IMG/VR virus record: IMGVR_UViG_3300037247_001786
Coordinates: 288,001-352,000 of that record
Reading direction: 5' to 3' (one strand)
Length of the DNA stretch: 64,000 nt
From: a virus
Taxonomy: Duplodnaviria > Caudoviricetes
Below are positions 18,577 through 29,228 of this stretch, piece after piece (position 1 is the stretch's first letter; each line of letters opens with the position of its first letter). The notes below the pieces were generated by a model that was given only the letters and a program-made list of their open reading frames with translations, made no database searches and had not been told where the DNA came from. A program made the translations under genes and the position numbers.

Positions 18577-20045
18577 AACTTCCTTTGAATACGAAGCGAA
18601 AAAAATCTTCTAAGATGAGGACTTTGAGAATTCCTTTTCTAGAGGTTTTTGCAGATAGCCCTAACTACTGGACAGGATTATGCGAATATGGCAGAGTAAA
18701 TATAACTTCAAATGAAAAGATGTTAAGAATAACTGTATCTAAATCCAAAGGCAAAAACGCTCAACATATAACATGCAAATATGATAAATACGGAAATTTC
18801 AGAGCATATTATTCATGCAATAAGGGAGTTCGAGATATAGTATATAATCTCCCTTTTGCATTAAGCTCTTATATTGAATCTCTATTAAATAAGATAACTA
18901 ATGTTAATCAAAATAGATACGCCTCTGATAAAGTTCTAAAAGAATATAGATCTAGATTTATAAGAATATTTGGAGAAGATGCTAGCAATATAGATAAAAT
19001 AGCAAATGTTAAATTCGACGCATTAATTTGGAAACTTATATATCCTTTAAATAGCTACGAAAAGGGAGTTCACTCTGTAGTCCCTTCTTTTATACGAAGA
19101 CCTATGAGATCAAATGATCCAAAAGAGTTCACGATGAGACTTTTTGGGAAAGCTCCCAAGAGTTTAGTGAAGTCGGTTATATTGCATATGCCTTTCACGG
19201 ACGAATTTCTCGATATTCTGTTCTTGGCTAAGATTTTTTATCATATTTGGCCAATAGATAAGGTCGTTGAATTTCTTCGTAAAGCGGCAGAAACTAGAGT
19301 TGAACATGGGAGAGGTTATCGTTCTCTTATTTTTAGACATATGTATCCGACAAGAGATAATTCTAATATTATGCAGATAAGAGTATGGAGAAGTTTTCTT
19401 AGAAAATTTACTCCTAATAAAATTATTAATTCTTTTTGTAAATACCGTTTAGAATTCGGACAATTAGTATGCGATACCTTAAAACAATTATCTGAATTTA
19501 AAGAACGAAATATAAAAGTAACGATATCTAGTAAGATGGATATAAATCAAGTTCATGATGTCGTCTCAAGATATTATATGCGATTGAGCAGGCCAGAGAA
19601 GGCTTTGCCAGTTTATGACTTATTTTATGAGATCAATAACGAAGATATAATGGGATATAAGGTTGTTTTCCCTAAAACAAATTATGATTTAATTAATTGG
19701 GGAAAAAAGATGCAGATATGTGTTGGGTCATATGCAAGTTCTGTAGAGAGAGGGAATAGCGTTATCTTTGCATTATTTAAAGATAGAGTTCCTAAATATT
19801 GTGTTGAGTATAGACCCAAAATAGACGGAGGGTTCCGAATGGCAGCATGTAAAGGGAGGTCTAATAAGAACGCTACAGACGAGATGAGGGAAGCGATAAA
19901 TAAAAAATGTTGGGCACCTACATTAGGACTCGATGCAGGGCAAGTAGAGAATGCTAAATTGGTATATCCAGAATCTCATAAAATAAAAGTTAAGGAGTTG
20001 CCTGATCATATTAATTTAGAAAAAGAAGAACTAGTAGGAGTATAA
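18570..20045 (+). CDS. PcfJ-domain protein
   Basis: C-terminal LINWGKKMQICVGSY motif. Confidence 0.65.
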   Translation: MLKLPLNTKRKKSSKMRTLRIPFLEVFADSPNYWTGLCEYGRVNITSNEKMLRITVSKSKGKNAQHITCKYDKYGNFRAYYSCNKGVRDIVYNLPFALSSYIESLLNKITNVNQNRYASDKVLKEYRSRFIRIFGEDASNIDKIANVKFDALIWKLIYPLNSYEKGVHSVVPSFIRRPMRSNDPKEFTMRLFGKAPKSLVKSVILHMPFTDEFLDILFLAKIFYHIWPIDKVVEFLRKAAETRVEHGRGYRSLIFRHMYPTRDNSNIMQIRVWRSFLRKFTPNKIINSFCKYRLEFGQLVCDTLKQLSEFKERNIKVTISSKMDINQVHDVVSRYYMRLSRPEKALPVYDLFYEINNEDIMGYKVVFPKTNYDLINWGKKMQICVGSYASSVERGNSVIFALFKDRVPKYCVEYRPKIDGGFRMAACKGRSNKNATDEMREAINKKCWAPTLGLDAGQVENAKLVYPESHKIKVKELPDHINLEKEELVGV

Positions 20046-20046
20046 A

Positions 20047-20622
20047 ATGAAAATATTATTAGCAGTAACAGGCTCGATTGCCGCATATAAAGCATGTAGT
20101 ATCACTTCTGTCCTTGTAGATAAGGGGCATGAAGTTCAAGTTGTGATGACAGATAATGCACAGAAGTTTATTACTCCTATGAGTTTATGTGCATTGTCTC
20201 AAAGACCTGTCTTAACAAATGAAGATGAGTGGAAATGTACTGATGGAAAGATACCTCATATTTATTACACTCAAGAGTGGTGCGATATATTCGTGATAGT
20301 ACCAGCTACAGCTAATATCATAGGTAAGATACTTAATGGTATTGCAGATGATATCGTTAGTGCAATGGCTATTGCAACTCCTAAAAGTGTTGAGAAAATG
20401 ATATACCCAGCTATGAACTCGGTGATGTTAGAAAATGCTTATATGAATAAGTTGGGAGAACTTAAAGAAAAGGATTGGCATCTTGGAGATACTCAAGAAA
20501 AGAGATTAGCTTGTGGGTCAGTTGGTAAAGGTGCTTTACAGTCAACAAAAGAGATAGTTAGCATGATGGAATATATGTACGAACGTTGGATTTTGAATAG
20601 GAAGTCGAAAAATGAATGCTGA
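20047..20622 (+). CDS. coaC: Phosphopantothenoylcysteine decarboxylase-like flavoprotein (HFCD family)
   Basis: ILLAVTGSIAAYKA, PATANIIGK, PAMN, C-terminal LACG..GKG. Confidence 0.85.
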   Translation: MKILLAVTGSIAAYKACSITSVLVDKGHEVQVVMTDNAQKFITPMSLCALSQRPVLTNEDEWKCTDGKIPHIYYTQEWCDIFVIVPATANIIGKILNGIADDIVSAMAIATPKSVEKMIYPAMNSVMLENAYMNKLGELKEKDWHLGDTQEKRLACGSVGKGALQSTKEIVSMMEYMYERWILNRKSKNEC

Positions 20623-20945
20623 GATATTAATTGCTCAAGGATATAGAAGAGTTTCTAATAAGTTTAGGACTATTGCCAGAATAGATAGGGCAGATTGGGT
20701 CTATGATACTTATTTTGATAAGTTCGGACATACGGATATTGGTATAGCTCAGGCCGTAAGAACGTTCTACGAAGGTAAGCCAATAGATGATTTTGGTTTT
20801 ATGAAAGACTCCGTATTGTATGAGGCAAAATGTGCAGCTGACCATTATCGCAGGTGCATGACTAAAGATAGGATAACAGATGTTTCAATAGAGATATTCA
20901 AAGATATACCGTCTTCGGATTGGGACCAAATAGGATTTGTGAATA

Positions 20946-21785
20946 ATGAAAGTTAAATGGTTAATAGAAGATTATGAACATGATAGCTCTCTTGAACCCT
21001 TAATGGCTGAGGTTAGGAAGCAAGGCATGGACCTTGAGGTTGTTAAATATGAGCCTTGGGAAAGTGGAACTTTCGATAATTATGACAATGAAGATTGCGT
21101 TGTTTTTTATGGAACCCTTAATTTGGGAAGACAACTACAAAGACAAAAGGGTTGGGTACCTGGAGTTTATTGTAATTTTAAAAATCTGTGTTGTAAAGCA
21201 TATTATTCTTATTGGGGAGAATATTTATTTAACCAAGACTATATAATGCTTCCTATGATGGAGATACTTCGTAGAAGAGAAGAAATTTTTAAACAATTTG
21301 GTGTAGATGATACAATTTGGATTCGTCCCGATTCTGGTGCTAAAACTTTTACAGGGCAAACTGTCCCATTAGAACTTTTAGATAAAGAATTTAAATTATT
21401 TGGAAATTATGCTGCTAAACCATTGGATGATATTATAGCAGTTATTTCTTCTCCAAAGGTTATCGATGCCGAGTGGAGAATTGTTGTCGTTGAGGGGAAA
21501 CCCGTAGCTGCAAGTCAGTATAAAAAGGATGACAAATTAGATATTGAAGAAGGATGCGATTATGATGCTTGGAATTTAGCAAGTTCCATAGCATCAGAAG
21601 ATTGGCAACCTGACGTTGCCTATACTCTTGATATATGTTTATCTAATGGAGTTTATCATTTGTTGGAAGCGAATAGCTTTAGTTGTAGTGGTTTGTATGA
21701 ATCCGACCCAAAATTTATTGTTAAGGCTATATCGGAAGTTGCTCTAAAAGAATGGAAAGATTATTATGAGGTGGAAGAAGTATAA
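20946..21785 (+). CDS. ATP-grasp domain protein (R2K-like)
   Basis: WIRPDSGAKTFTG, EWRIVVV, YTLDI, LLEANSFSCSGLY. Confidence 0.7.
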   Translation: MKVKWLIEDYEHDSSLEPLMAEVRKQGMDLEVVKYEPWESGTFDNYDNEDCVVFYGTLNLGRQLQRQKGWVPGVYCNFKNLCCKAYYSYWGEYLFNQDYIMLPMMEILRRREEIFKQFGVDDTIWIRPDSGAKTFTGQTVPLELLDKEFKLFGNYAAKPLDDIIAVISSPKVIDAEWRIVVVEGKPVAASQYKKDDKLDIEEGCDYDAWNLASSIASEDWQPDVAYTLDICLSNGVYHLLEANSFSCSGLYESDPKFIVKAISEVALKEWKDYYEVEEV

Positions 21786-22198
21786 TGACTAAAAATGTTG
21801 AATACGCTGGTAAGAGAATAGATAATAAAGAATGGGTTTATGGGTATTATGTCAAGATAGAGGATAAATCTTTTATTGCCCCACCTAACGCCAAACTACA
21901 TTACCCAAGGGAATTAAACTTCAACTCATGCATTGTTGTTTTAGAAGAAGTCCATCCAGATTCAGTTAGCAGATGGATAGGCGAACTAGATACAATCGGT
22001 GTCAAGATATATGAAGATAGCATAGTAACTGATTTCGAAGGAAATAGAGGAGTTGTTATCTTTACAAAAGCTGCATTTTGGTGTAGAGAAATAGTCACCA
22101 AGCGAGTAGGATCTCATGGTCCTATTTTTCATGATTGGGATGAGCTACAAGTAATCGGTAACATGACAGATAATCCAGAATTAGCAGAGGATATATAA
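21785..22198 (+). CDS. YopX-family protein
   Basis: WVYGYY, KIYEDSIV, LQVIGNMTDNPEL. Confidence 0.75.
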   Translation: MTKNVEYAGKRIDNKEWVYGYYVKIEDKSFIAPPNAKLHYPRELNFNSCIVVLEEVHPDSVSRWIGELDTIGVKIYEDSIVTDFEGNRGVVIFTKAAFWCREIVTKRVGSHGPIFHDWDELQVIGNMTDNPELAEDI

Positions 22199-23059
22199 TG
22201 GCTAAAAAGAAAAAAGAAGTCGAAGAAATTCTTAATGGATGGAGAGAACGTATGGAAGAGGGAAAACGTCAAGAGAAGAAAGCTGAAGCGTCAATTATGA
22301 GATGGTGTAAAAATCATTATCCAGATGAGGGTATGGAAAGGGATAAGCATCAAAACAGTTATAAGTGTTTAGCTAAGGCTCTTGAATATTTTGATGTTCA
22401 ATGTCCAAAAGAAGTTGGACAGCTATATCTAGAATGGATGGTAGAAACTTTTGCGAAAATTAAAATAACTAAAAATATACCAGATATAGATTTCATTTAT
22501 CAACAATTGGTTAAGAATGACTATAGTGAAGATAACTCATACGAATATAATGATATGGATAATCACTTATTTTATATACCTACTGATTATGTAGATAGTT
22601 ATGATCGAAGTTTTAATATTTTTGCCATAACCACTCAAAGTACGAATTATCTTGTTATTAGAAAAATACATAAGGATAGAGACTGGGGCAAAAAATATGA
22701 TGAGACTTGTCTTTATAGATATTGGGATTCATATGATTTTGAATCTGAAGATAAACTCGATATTGAAGAAATGGAACTGTTCAAAAAAGAAGGAGTAAGA
22801 AAAGCTATTTTAATGTCCGAGTGGCTTAATTGGAACTATAGTGATAATATTGAAGGTAGACAATATGACCCCGCTAGACCAGACCTTAAATGGTATAAAG
22901 AGAATGACTTTAAAACAAGTTTATTTTGTGGATCTATTTTTAAAGTGGGAGGACCTATAAGTCAAGAACAAGGTGCTATTTTTAAATTTGATGATGTTAA
23001 ATTCGTTATCTTTTTTCTGAGAACTGCTTTTGAAGAATGTGAAAAGATGGAGAAAGAAA

Positions 23060-23602
23060 ATGACTAAATGGCAATTCCCTCTTATGATGCACGTTAATGG
23101 AAAGACTTCGGACTCTATGTCTTTTCAAAATATAAATTTGGAAAATGAAGTCGAGATTCCAGTTGAACAACATGTAGGGGCTTTTGGAGTGCAAAGGAAG
23201 AAGCATATTCATAATGGGATAGATCTTTATTGCGAGCCTCTGGAGGCAGTTTACTCGGTAGAAAGGGGAACTGTAGTAGATTATAGACAATGGACAGGTG
23301 AAGCCGCTTCCTCGCCCTGGTGGAACGATACATGGGCTATACTTGTGGAGGGGGAATCATCGGTAGTCGCCTATGGAGAAATCTATCCAGTTGAAGTAGA
23401 TATAATTGGAGATAAAGTAGAGGCGGGAGAATTAATAGGTTTCGTTAAAACGGTTTTAAAAAAGGATAAAGGACGACCTATGACAATGCTCCACTTACAG
23501 TGCTACAAACATGGGCATCTATGTGCTGGAGGCTGGAAGACTAACGACCCGAAACCAGATACATTGATTGATCCTACTAATTTTTTATTGGAGGCAGAAT
23601 AA
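23060..23602 (+). CDS. M23-family metallopeptidase
   Basis: HNGIDL and HLQ zinc motifs; YGEI; ATG 23060 overlaps the upstream stop. Confidence 0.75.
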   Translation: MTKWQFPLMMHVNGKTSDSMSFQNINLENEVEIPVEQHVGAFGVQRKKHIHNGIDLYCEPLEAVYSVERGTVVDYRQWTGEAASSPWWNDTWAILVEGESSVVAYGEIYPVEVDIIGDKVEAGELIGFVKTVLKKDKGRPMTMLHLQCYKHGHLCAGGWKTNDPKPDTLIDPTNFLLEAE

Positions 23603-24085
23603 TGAAAATAGATGAAGAAGAAATAAGATATAAAAGAATATAGAAATTGTTAGGTAATGTTCGTTTTATGCCTTATCTAGATGAACCAGATGAAATTACT
23701 TTTGGAAGGAATCCTATATATATAAATGCGGCGATAGATTTGTATATGAATGACTATCAAGAGGATGATAATTTTTCAAAAGAATACTGTATGGCGATAA
23801 TAATGCAAGCAAGTAAGGGACAGATAAGTCCCAAAATCGTTAAAGCTCATATTGATGATAGATGGAAAACAGACGAATGAGAATGACCGAATTTTTTAGT
23901 CACGTTAATAGCGAGATACCATTAGGGTATGTTCCTTATCATCTAGATTTGACCGCCGTCAGACAAGATAAAAAAGTGAGAGCATTGAAAAAAGCAATAA
24001 CGAAGAGAAGAAAAGAAGAGAGTAAATTAGAAAATAAGGGTAGAAGAGACGGCACAGAAGATATAGATATTTTTGAGGATATGTA

Positions 24086-24568
24086 ATGGCAAAAATATAT
24101 TGTAAAGAATGTAAGCACATAGCAATATATAAAGAAGTGGTGTATATGGACTATGTTTACACATATAGATGCGATAATGATGTTTGTTTTCAAGGAGGAA
24201 TAGAAGAAGTTGATACTCCGTTAGCAAGAAAAAAAATAGATAGAACGAGGAGAATACTTGATAAGGATATGCTTAACGCTAATAACGGCTGCACTCATTT
24301 CGAGAAAAAAAAGAGATGGATAGATTTTTTCAAAGGAGAAAAACCCGACAATTCTCGGAGTGTTGAAAGCGTCGAAATAGATACGAGTTTAAACGACAGT
24401 GTATTGGAAATAGCTGTACTATATGATAGAATAAAAAAATTGCAGAAAGCGATATCTGATAAAGATGAAACTATATCGAGTCAAGCTCAGATAATCGAAA
24501 GACAAAATAATGTAATGTTTACCAGCACAAAAGGAAAAACTGTTTTTGATAATATAGATTTAGATTAA
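24086..24568 (+). CDS. Cys-motif hypothetical protein, paralog A
   Basis: YCKECKH...C..DVCF...N.NNGCTHFE shared with 24578. Confidence 0.6.
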   Translation: MAKIYCKECKHIAIYKEVVYMDYVYTYRCDNDVCFQGGIEEVDTPLARKKIDRTRRILDKDMLNANNGCTHFEKKKRWIDFFKGEKPDNSRSVESVEIDTSLNDSVLEIAVLYDRIKKLQKAISDKDETISSQAQIIERQNNVMFTSTKGKTVFDNIDLD

Positions 24569-24577
24569 GGATATGTA

Positions 24578-24853
24578 ATGGAAAAAGTATATTGTAAAGA
24601 ATGTAGACATGTAAGTAAAATAGATGTAGGATATGCGGGAACACCAGAACATCATTGTTTCCACGATGTTTGTTTTGAAAATATCGACAAAGATACTCCA
24701 TTTAGCAAAGGTAGGGACTATAGAGGAGAATGCACCTCTAGAAGAGTTTCTGATTTCCATCAATTGAATGAAAGCAATAATTGTGAGTATTTTGAACTAA
24801 GAGTAAATATTTTTAAACGTATAGCGAATAGCATTAAGGAGTGTTTTGCATGA
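24578..24853 (+). CDS. Cys-motif hypothetical protein, paralog B
   Basis: YCKECRH...C.HDVCF...NESNNCEYFE. Confidence 0.6.
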   Translation: MEKVYCKECRHVSKIDVGYAGTPEHHCFHDVCFENIDKDTPFSKGRDYRGECTSRRVSDFHQLNESNNCEYFELRVNIFKRIANSIKECFA

Positions 24854-25647
24854 AGAAGATTTTAATTACAAGCGGCGGAACAAGAGAGGCAGTTGATAGC
24901 ATTCGAGTACTGACCAATATCAGTTCAGGAAAATTAGGATCAGAGATAGCAGAGACTTTTTGCGATACCAATTATCCCGAAGATATTTTAACTAAAGAAA
25001 AAATATGGGTTAAAGAGTCACCTCATGGTTCTGAAAAACATATGCTTAAAGATTTTCCAGATCCAGAGTATAAAGTTTATTATCTTCATTCTAAAACTGC
25101 TATAAAGCCTAGAGGAAAAACTATTAAGATGGAATGGAATATGCAATATCCTCTTATGTGGTCAACTAATAGCAGTACAATAGAGATGATAGAAGTTAAT
25201 TCAGTTAATGAAGTTTATGATAAGATGGAAGAACTTGTACCAGAAATGGATGTAGTCATTCATTGCATGGCAGTTAGTGACTTTACATTCAATAGGGATA
25301 ATCCAGTAAAGTTAAAGAGTAATGATGCAGATGGTTTTATAGATTATATGAGGGAAAATATCGTTAAAGCTCCTAAAATCATAACAAAAATAAAAGAGTG
25401 GAATCCAGATGTATTTTTAGTAGGATTTAAGTTTGAAGTTGGGCTGACAGAAAAAGAATTAATTTCTGTTGCAAGTGATTCTATATTAGTATATAATGGC
25501 GATATAGTTGTGGCAAATGATAAGCAACAGATGATAGAAGCTAATGAGCATGTGGCTTATATTTGCAGAAATAAAGATGATTATTATAAAGTTTCTGGAA
25601 AACCAGAAATTGCGAGAACTATATTAAAGGAAAGTACAGGTATTTAA
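24850..25647 (+). CDS. coaB: Phosphopantothenate-cysteine ligase-like protein
   Basis: ILITSGGTRE..D.IR.LTNISSGKLG, AVSDF, LVGFKFE, VVAND. Confidence 0.88.
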   Translation: MKKILITSGGTREAVDSIRVLTNISSGKLGSEIAETFCDTNYPEDILTKEKIWVKESPHGSEKHMLKDFPDPEYKVYYLHSKTAIKPRGKTIKMEWNMQYPLMWSTNSSTIEMIEVNSVNEVYDKMEELVPEMDVVIHCMAVSDFTFNRDNPVKLKSNDADGFIDYMRENIVKAPKIITKIKEWNPDVFLVGFKFEVGLTEKELISVASDSILVYNGDIVVANDKQQMIEANEHVAYICRNKDDYYKVSGKPEIARTILKESTGI

Positions 25648-26489
25648 AATGATAGCTAAAGAATGGTTAACAAAAAAACTGAAGAAAGAATTAACAAAAA
25701 TAAGAGTTTATTCGGTTTTTTGGTGTACCCTTTATATCTTAACTTTTTTGTTGAAGTATATACCTCTATTAAATAGAATACATTATTTTTTCGAAAGAGC
25801 ATATATGGGTTTTGCTATGGCTTATTCAGATACAACACATGCTATTAGAGACTGCGAGGAACATCATAGAGTTATGGGCGTTAGCTCAGAAGAGATTAGT
25901 ATGTTGTATGAAAGTAGAAGTGACGAAGAAAAAATGAAGACATTTCCATAAGGTATTTAAAATGATAAAAAAGATGTTAATAGTATTGGTTTGCCTATCT
26001 CTATTTGGATGTAAAAATATTTCAGATGAAGAGAAAGCAGAGCGGGAAGAAGCTTTGAAGCACTCTAATAGAAGGATCAAATTTACTTCAGAGGATGGCA
26101 CTATTGTTCTTAATATCCGCAGAAGTAGATTTCATCAAATACATATGGAAGACGGTAAAGAGCATTGGTGCTTACATTGAAAAAGATGTTGATATGTACT
26201 CGGTGTGAAATCGAGATGAGGTATATAAAGACTACCGGGAAAGAACCTGGAATGAGGACAGTCTTACATTTTAAGTGTCTTAAGTGCGGATCAAAATCTA
26301 TGCTTGATGCGAAATGGTATAAAAAATTATATAGAAATGGAAGAAGAGTAAAATGAAATGTTCTAAGTGTGGGGAAACAATAAAATGCGTAGAGGCTGTA
26401 CTTAAAAATGGTACGTTCTCTTTTGTATGCCCAAAATGTAACGCAAAGAATTCATTTAAAGCGGAAGTGCAGAAAAAGGAAAATAAATT

Positions 26490-27608
26490 ATGAGTAGTAG
26501 TTTAATAGTAAATGTATGCGAAGTTAAGAAAGTTTACCCACATAAAAACGCCGACCGCTTAGAGTTGGCCGAAATTAAAGGTTGGCAAACGGTCATTGGT
26601 AAAGGACAGTATAAGGTTGGGGATATTGTTATCTTTATCCCACCTGATACTTTGGTCCCAGAAGAGTTAGCCGATGAATTAGGTATCAGGAACTATCTTG
26701 GCGGAAAAGATAAGACTAGAGTAAAGACTGTTCGTCTTCGTGGCGAGATGTCCTTTGGTCTTACTATTGATATTCCAGAAGGTAAAGATTGGGAAGTTGG
26801 TTACAACTGTGCAGATGATCTTGGTATTACTAAGTACTTTCCTCCTCTTAGGGCTACTTGCGGAGATTCCGCTCCTGAAGATGCTTTCTTTACGAAATAC
26901 ACTGATATCGAAAATATCAGAAACTTCCCTGATGTTATCAAAGAGGGAGAAAGAGTTATAGCAACAGAAAAGATAGATGGAACGAATTGCCGTACTGGTA
27001 TAAGTTTTTCTATTCTTGAAGATGGAACAGAAACTTACGAGTGGAAAGCTGGTTCTCATAAGCTTAAGAGGAAACGTCCAGAAGATGGTGTTCTTAAAGA
27101 TCATATTTACTGGTACCCTTATACATTAGACAGTGTTCGCAATATGATTGAAACTATTCATAATGCTCCAGAGTTTAAAGCTAAAGAGATTACCCTTTAT
27201 GGTGAGGTATATGGCAAAACAAGAGGTGGTCATAAGTCTCTTCATTATGGAAGAGTTGGTTCTCTCAATTTCGTGGCTTTTGATATGAAGTGGGATGGAG
27301 TTTATGTCAGTTGGGATATTTTCGAAACTCTTTGTTTGGAGTATGGCGTTCCAACAGTTCCGATTGTAGCAGAGTTCGATTTTAGTTTAGAGCAAGCTAA
27401 AGCTCTATCTACTGGTCACTCTCTTCTTGCCGAGGACAATGGTATGGAAGAGCCTCATATGAGAGAAGGCATTGTTATCAAGCCTATCAATGAGAGGCGA
27501 GACCCTACTGTCGGTAGAGTTGTAGTTAAGTTTATTAATGATGATTATATTATCTTAAAGAACAAGGCTTACGATAAAGGAGAAGTCACTGATTTCACCG
27601 ATGAATAA
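26490..27608 (+). CDS. RNA ligase (Rnl2-like, DRB0094 type)
   Basis: N-terminal HKNADRLELA OB-like domain; TEKIDGTN motif I, YGEV, FDM, EGIVIK. Confidence 0.88.
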   Translation: MSSSLIVNVCEVKKVYPHKNADRLELAEIKGWQTVIGKGQYKVGDIVIFIPPDTLVPEELADELGIRNYLGGKDKTRVKTVRLRGEMSFGLTIDIPEGKDWEVGYNCADDLGITKYFPPLRATCGDSAPEDAFFTKYTDIENIRNFPDVIKEGERVIATEKIDGTNCRTGISFSILEDGTETYEWKAGSHKLKRKRPEDGVLKDHIYWYPYTLDSVRNMIETIHNAPEFKAKEITLYGEVYGKTRGGHKSLHYGRVGSLNFVAFDMKWDGVYVSWDIFETLCLEYGVPTVPIVAEFDFSLEQAKALSTGHSLLAEDNGMEEPHMREGIVIKPINERRDPTVGRVVVKFINDDYIILKNKAYDKGEVTDFTDE

Positions 27609-28143
27609 GGAACATGTAAAATTAAGTAGGCTTCTTAGCAAAGTGTTACGTCACGCTCCAGAAAGTATTGGCATAACACTGGATGAAAATGGTTGGGTAG
27701 AGGTTCAAGAACTTCTTAAACGTATTGGCAAGCGTATCACTTTGGAAGACTTGGTCTACATTGTTGTCAATAATAACAAGAAGAGATTTGAATTCTCTAC
27801 CGACCAGAAAGAAATACGGGCTTGTCAGGGACATTCTATTGAAGTAGATTTGGAACTCAAGCCCGTATCTCCTCCTGATATTCTTTATCATGGCACATCT
27901 ATAAAAACTGTCGAGTATATTAAACGAGATGGTATCATCAAAATGAACAGGAACCATGTTCACTTGTCTTTTGATTATGACACAGCACATAATGTAGGTC
28001 AACGACATGGCAAACCCTCAATTCTTTTAGTCGATGCCAAAAAGATGCATGAACACGGTATGGAGTTTTTTACTTCTACTAATCATGTTTGGCTCACAGA
28101 TTTTGTTCCGAAAGAATATATCTTAAATATAAATTACGTTTGA
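27601..28143 (+). CDS. kptA: RNA 2'-phosphotransferase (Tpt1/KptA)
   Basis: LRHAPE, KKRFE, CQGHS, YHGT, RNHVHLS, VWLTDFVP. Confidence 0.93.
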   Translation: MNKEHVKLSRLLSKVLRHAPESIGITLDENGWVEVQELLKRIGKRITLEDLVYIVVNNNKKRFEFSTDQKEIRACQGHSIEVDLELKPVSPPDILYHGTSIKTVEYIKRDGIIKMNRNHVHLSFDYDTAHNVGQRHGKPSILLVDAKKMHEHGMEFFTSTNHVWLTDFVPKEYILNINYV

Positions 28144-28168
28144 AAAGTGATTGCTAATTTAGTACCAT
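28140..28168 (+). promoter_or_regulatory. Sigma70-like promoter
   Basis: TTGAAAAGTGATT...TACCAT, 17-nt spacer. Confidence 0.55.
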
Positions 28169-28514
28169 ATTTTTAGTAATAATATTTAAGAGGAATAAAA
28201 ATGGACAACATAGGCACTTTAATGACTACTTTTTCATCAGACGATTATATTGGTGGAACTTGTGTTGAGTTAGCATACTATTATGGTTATGAAGCTAGTA
28301 AATGTACTGTATGCGGTAATTTCAATGAAAGCGAATATTGTAGTGAGTGTGACGATGCAGATAGGGACTGGTGTTTTACAGTAAGAAATCTTAGCCATGA
28401 GAGGATATTCGTTAAAACTTATAGAGAACTTGGGGCGGAGAATATGTTCGATTTAAGAGATTGCTTTATAAGAGGAGTAATGAGTTATGTCGAGTCGTTA
28501 AAGGAGGGGCAAGA

Positions 28515-29228
28515 ATGATCATACCAAATTATGATGATGGAACAGTAGATGTCCATATAGACCCGATAGATTTAGGAAAATGTAAGCAGTTGGCTAGTGT
28601 TTTTAGCAAGCTTGGACAATGGGGAGGTCTGGATACTTACGGTGGAGGCAGTGGCAATACAGTTGATGATACCAAAAGAGTTGAACGTACTGGAGCTTTG
28701 GGGGAAAGGGCTTTTAGCAAGATGACTGGTATTCCGATGAACGAGGAGTACAAAGCAAACGGCGATGCTGGTTTTGATTTTCAAGTTCCTTCTTTTTCTA
28801 TTGATGTTAAATGCCATACAAGAAATCCAAATCAAGCAGAGGAGTGGGGATATCATGGAGAGTTTTTTACGAAGGCTCATTTTAGAAATGGTTCCTATAT
28901 TCCTCCCAGAGCTGATATTCTTATTTTCAGTGCTATTGTGGCAGGAGATGCTACTACGAATAAATATGGTGATGATTGGGGCGAATTTGGGGTAAATAGT
29001 AAAATAGCAGATAATTTAATTATTAGATTTTTTGGAGCTATCAGTAGTAAGAAAGTTTTCAATAATTACCAAGAAAGATTGGGAGCTAAATTACAGAGAG
29101 GTGGACCTAATAGTCATAGTGAGTTTAAAAATTATTACATAAAAAAAGAAGAGTTGTTGCCGATGATAGATTTTCTTTTTAAATATAAAACAGAATTACT
29201 TACAGCTAAAAGTGGTGTTATTATATAA
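28515..29228 (+). CDS. Putative PD-(D/E)xK nuclease
   Basis: GALGERAF, GDAGFDF, IDVK motifs; overlaps the start of the Dam-like MTase. Confidence 0.55.
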   Translation: MIIPNYDDGTVDVHIDPIDLGKCKQLASVFSKLGQWGGLDTYGGGSGNTVDDTKRVERTGALGERAFSKMTGIPMNEEYKANGDAGFDFQVPSFSIDVKCHTRNPNQAEEWGYHGEFFTKAHFRNGSYIPPRADILIFSAIVAGDATTNKYGDDWGEFGVNSKIADNLIIRFFGAISSKKVFNNYQERLGAKLQRGGPNSHSEFKNYYIKKEELLPMIDFLFKYKTELLTAKSGVII

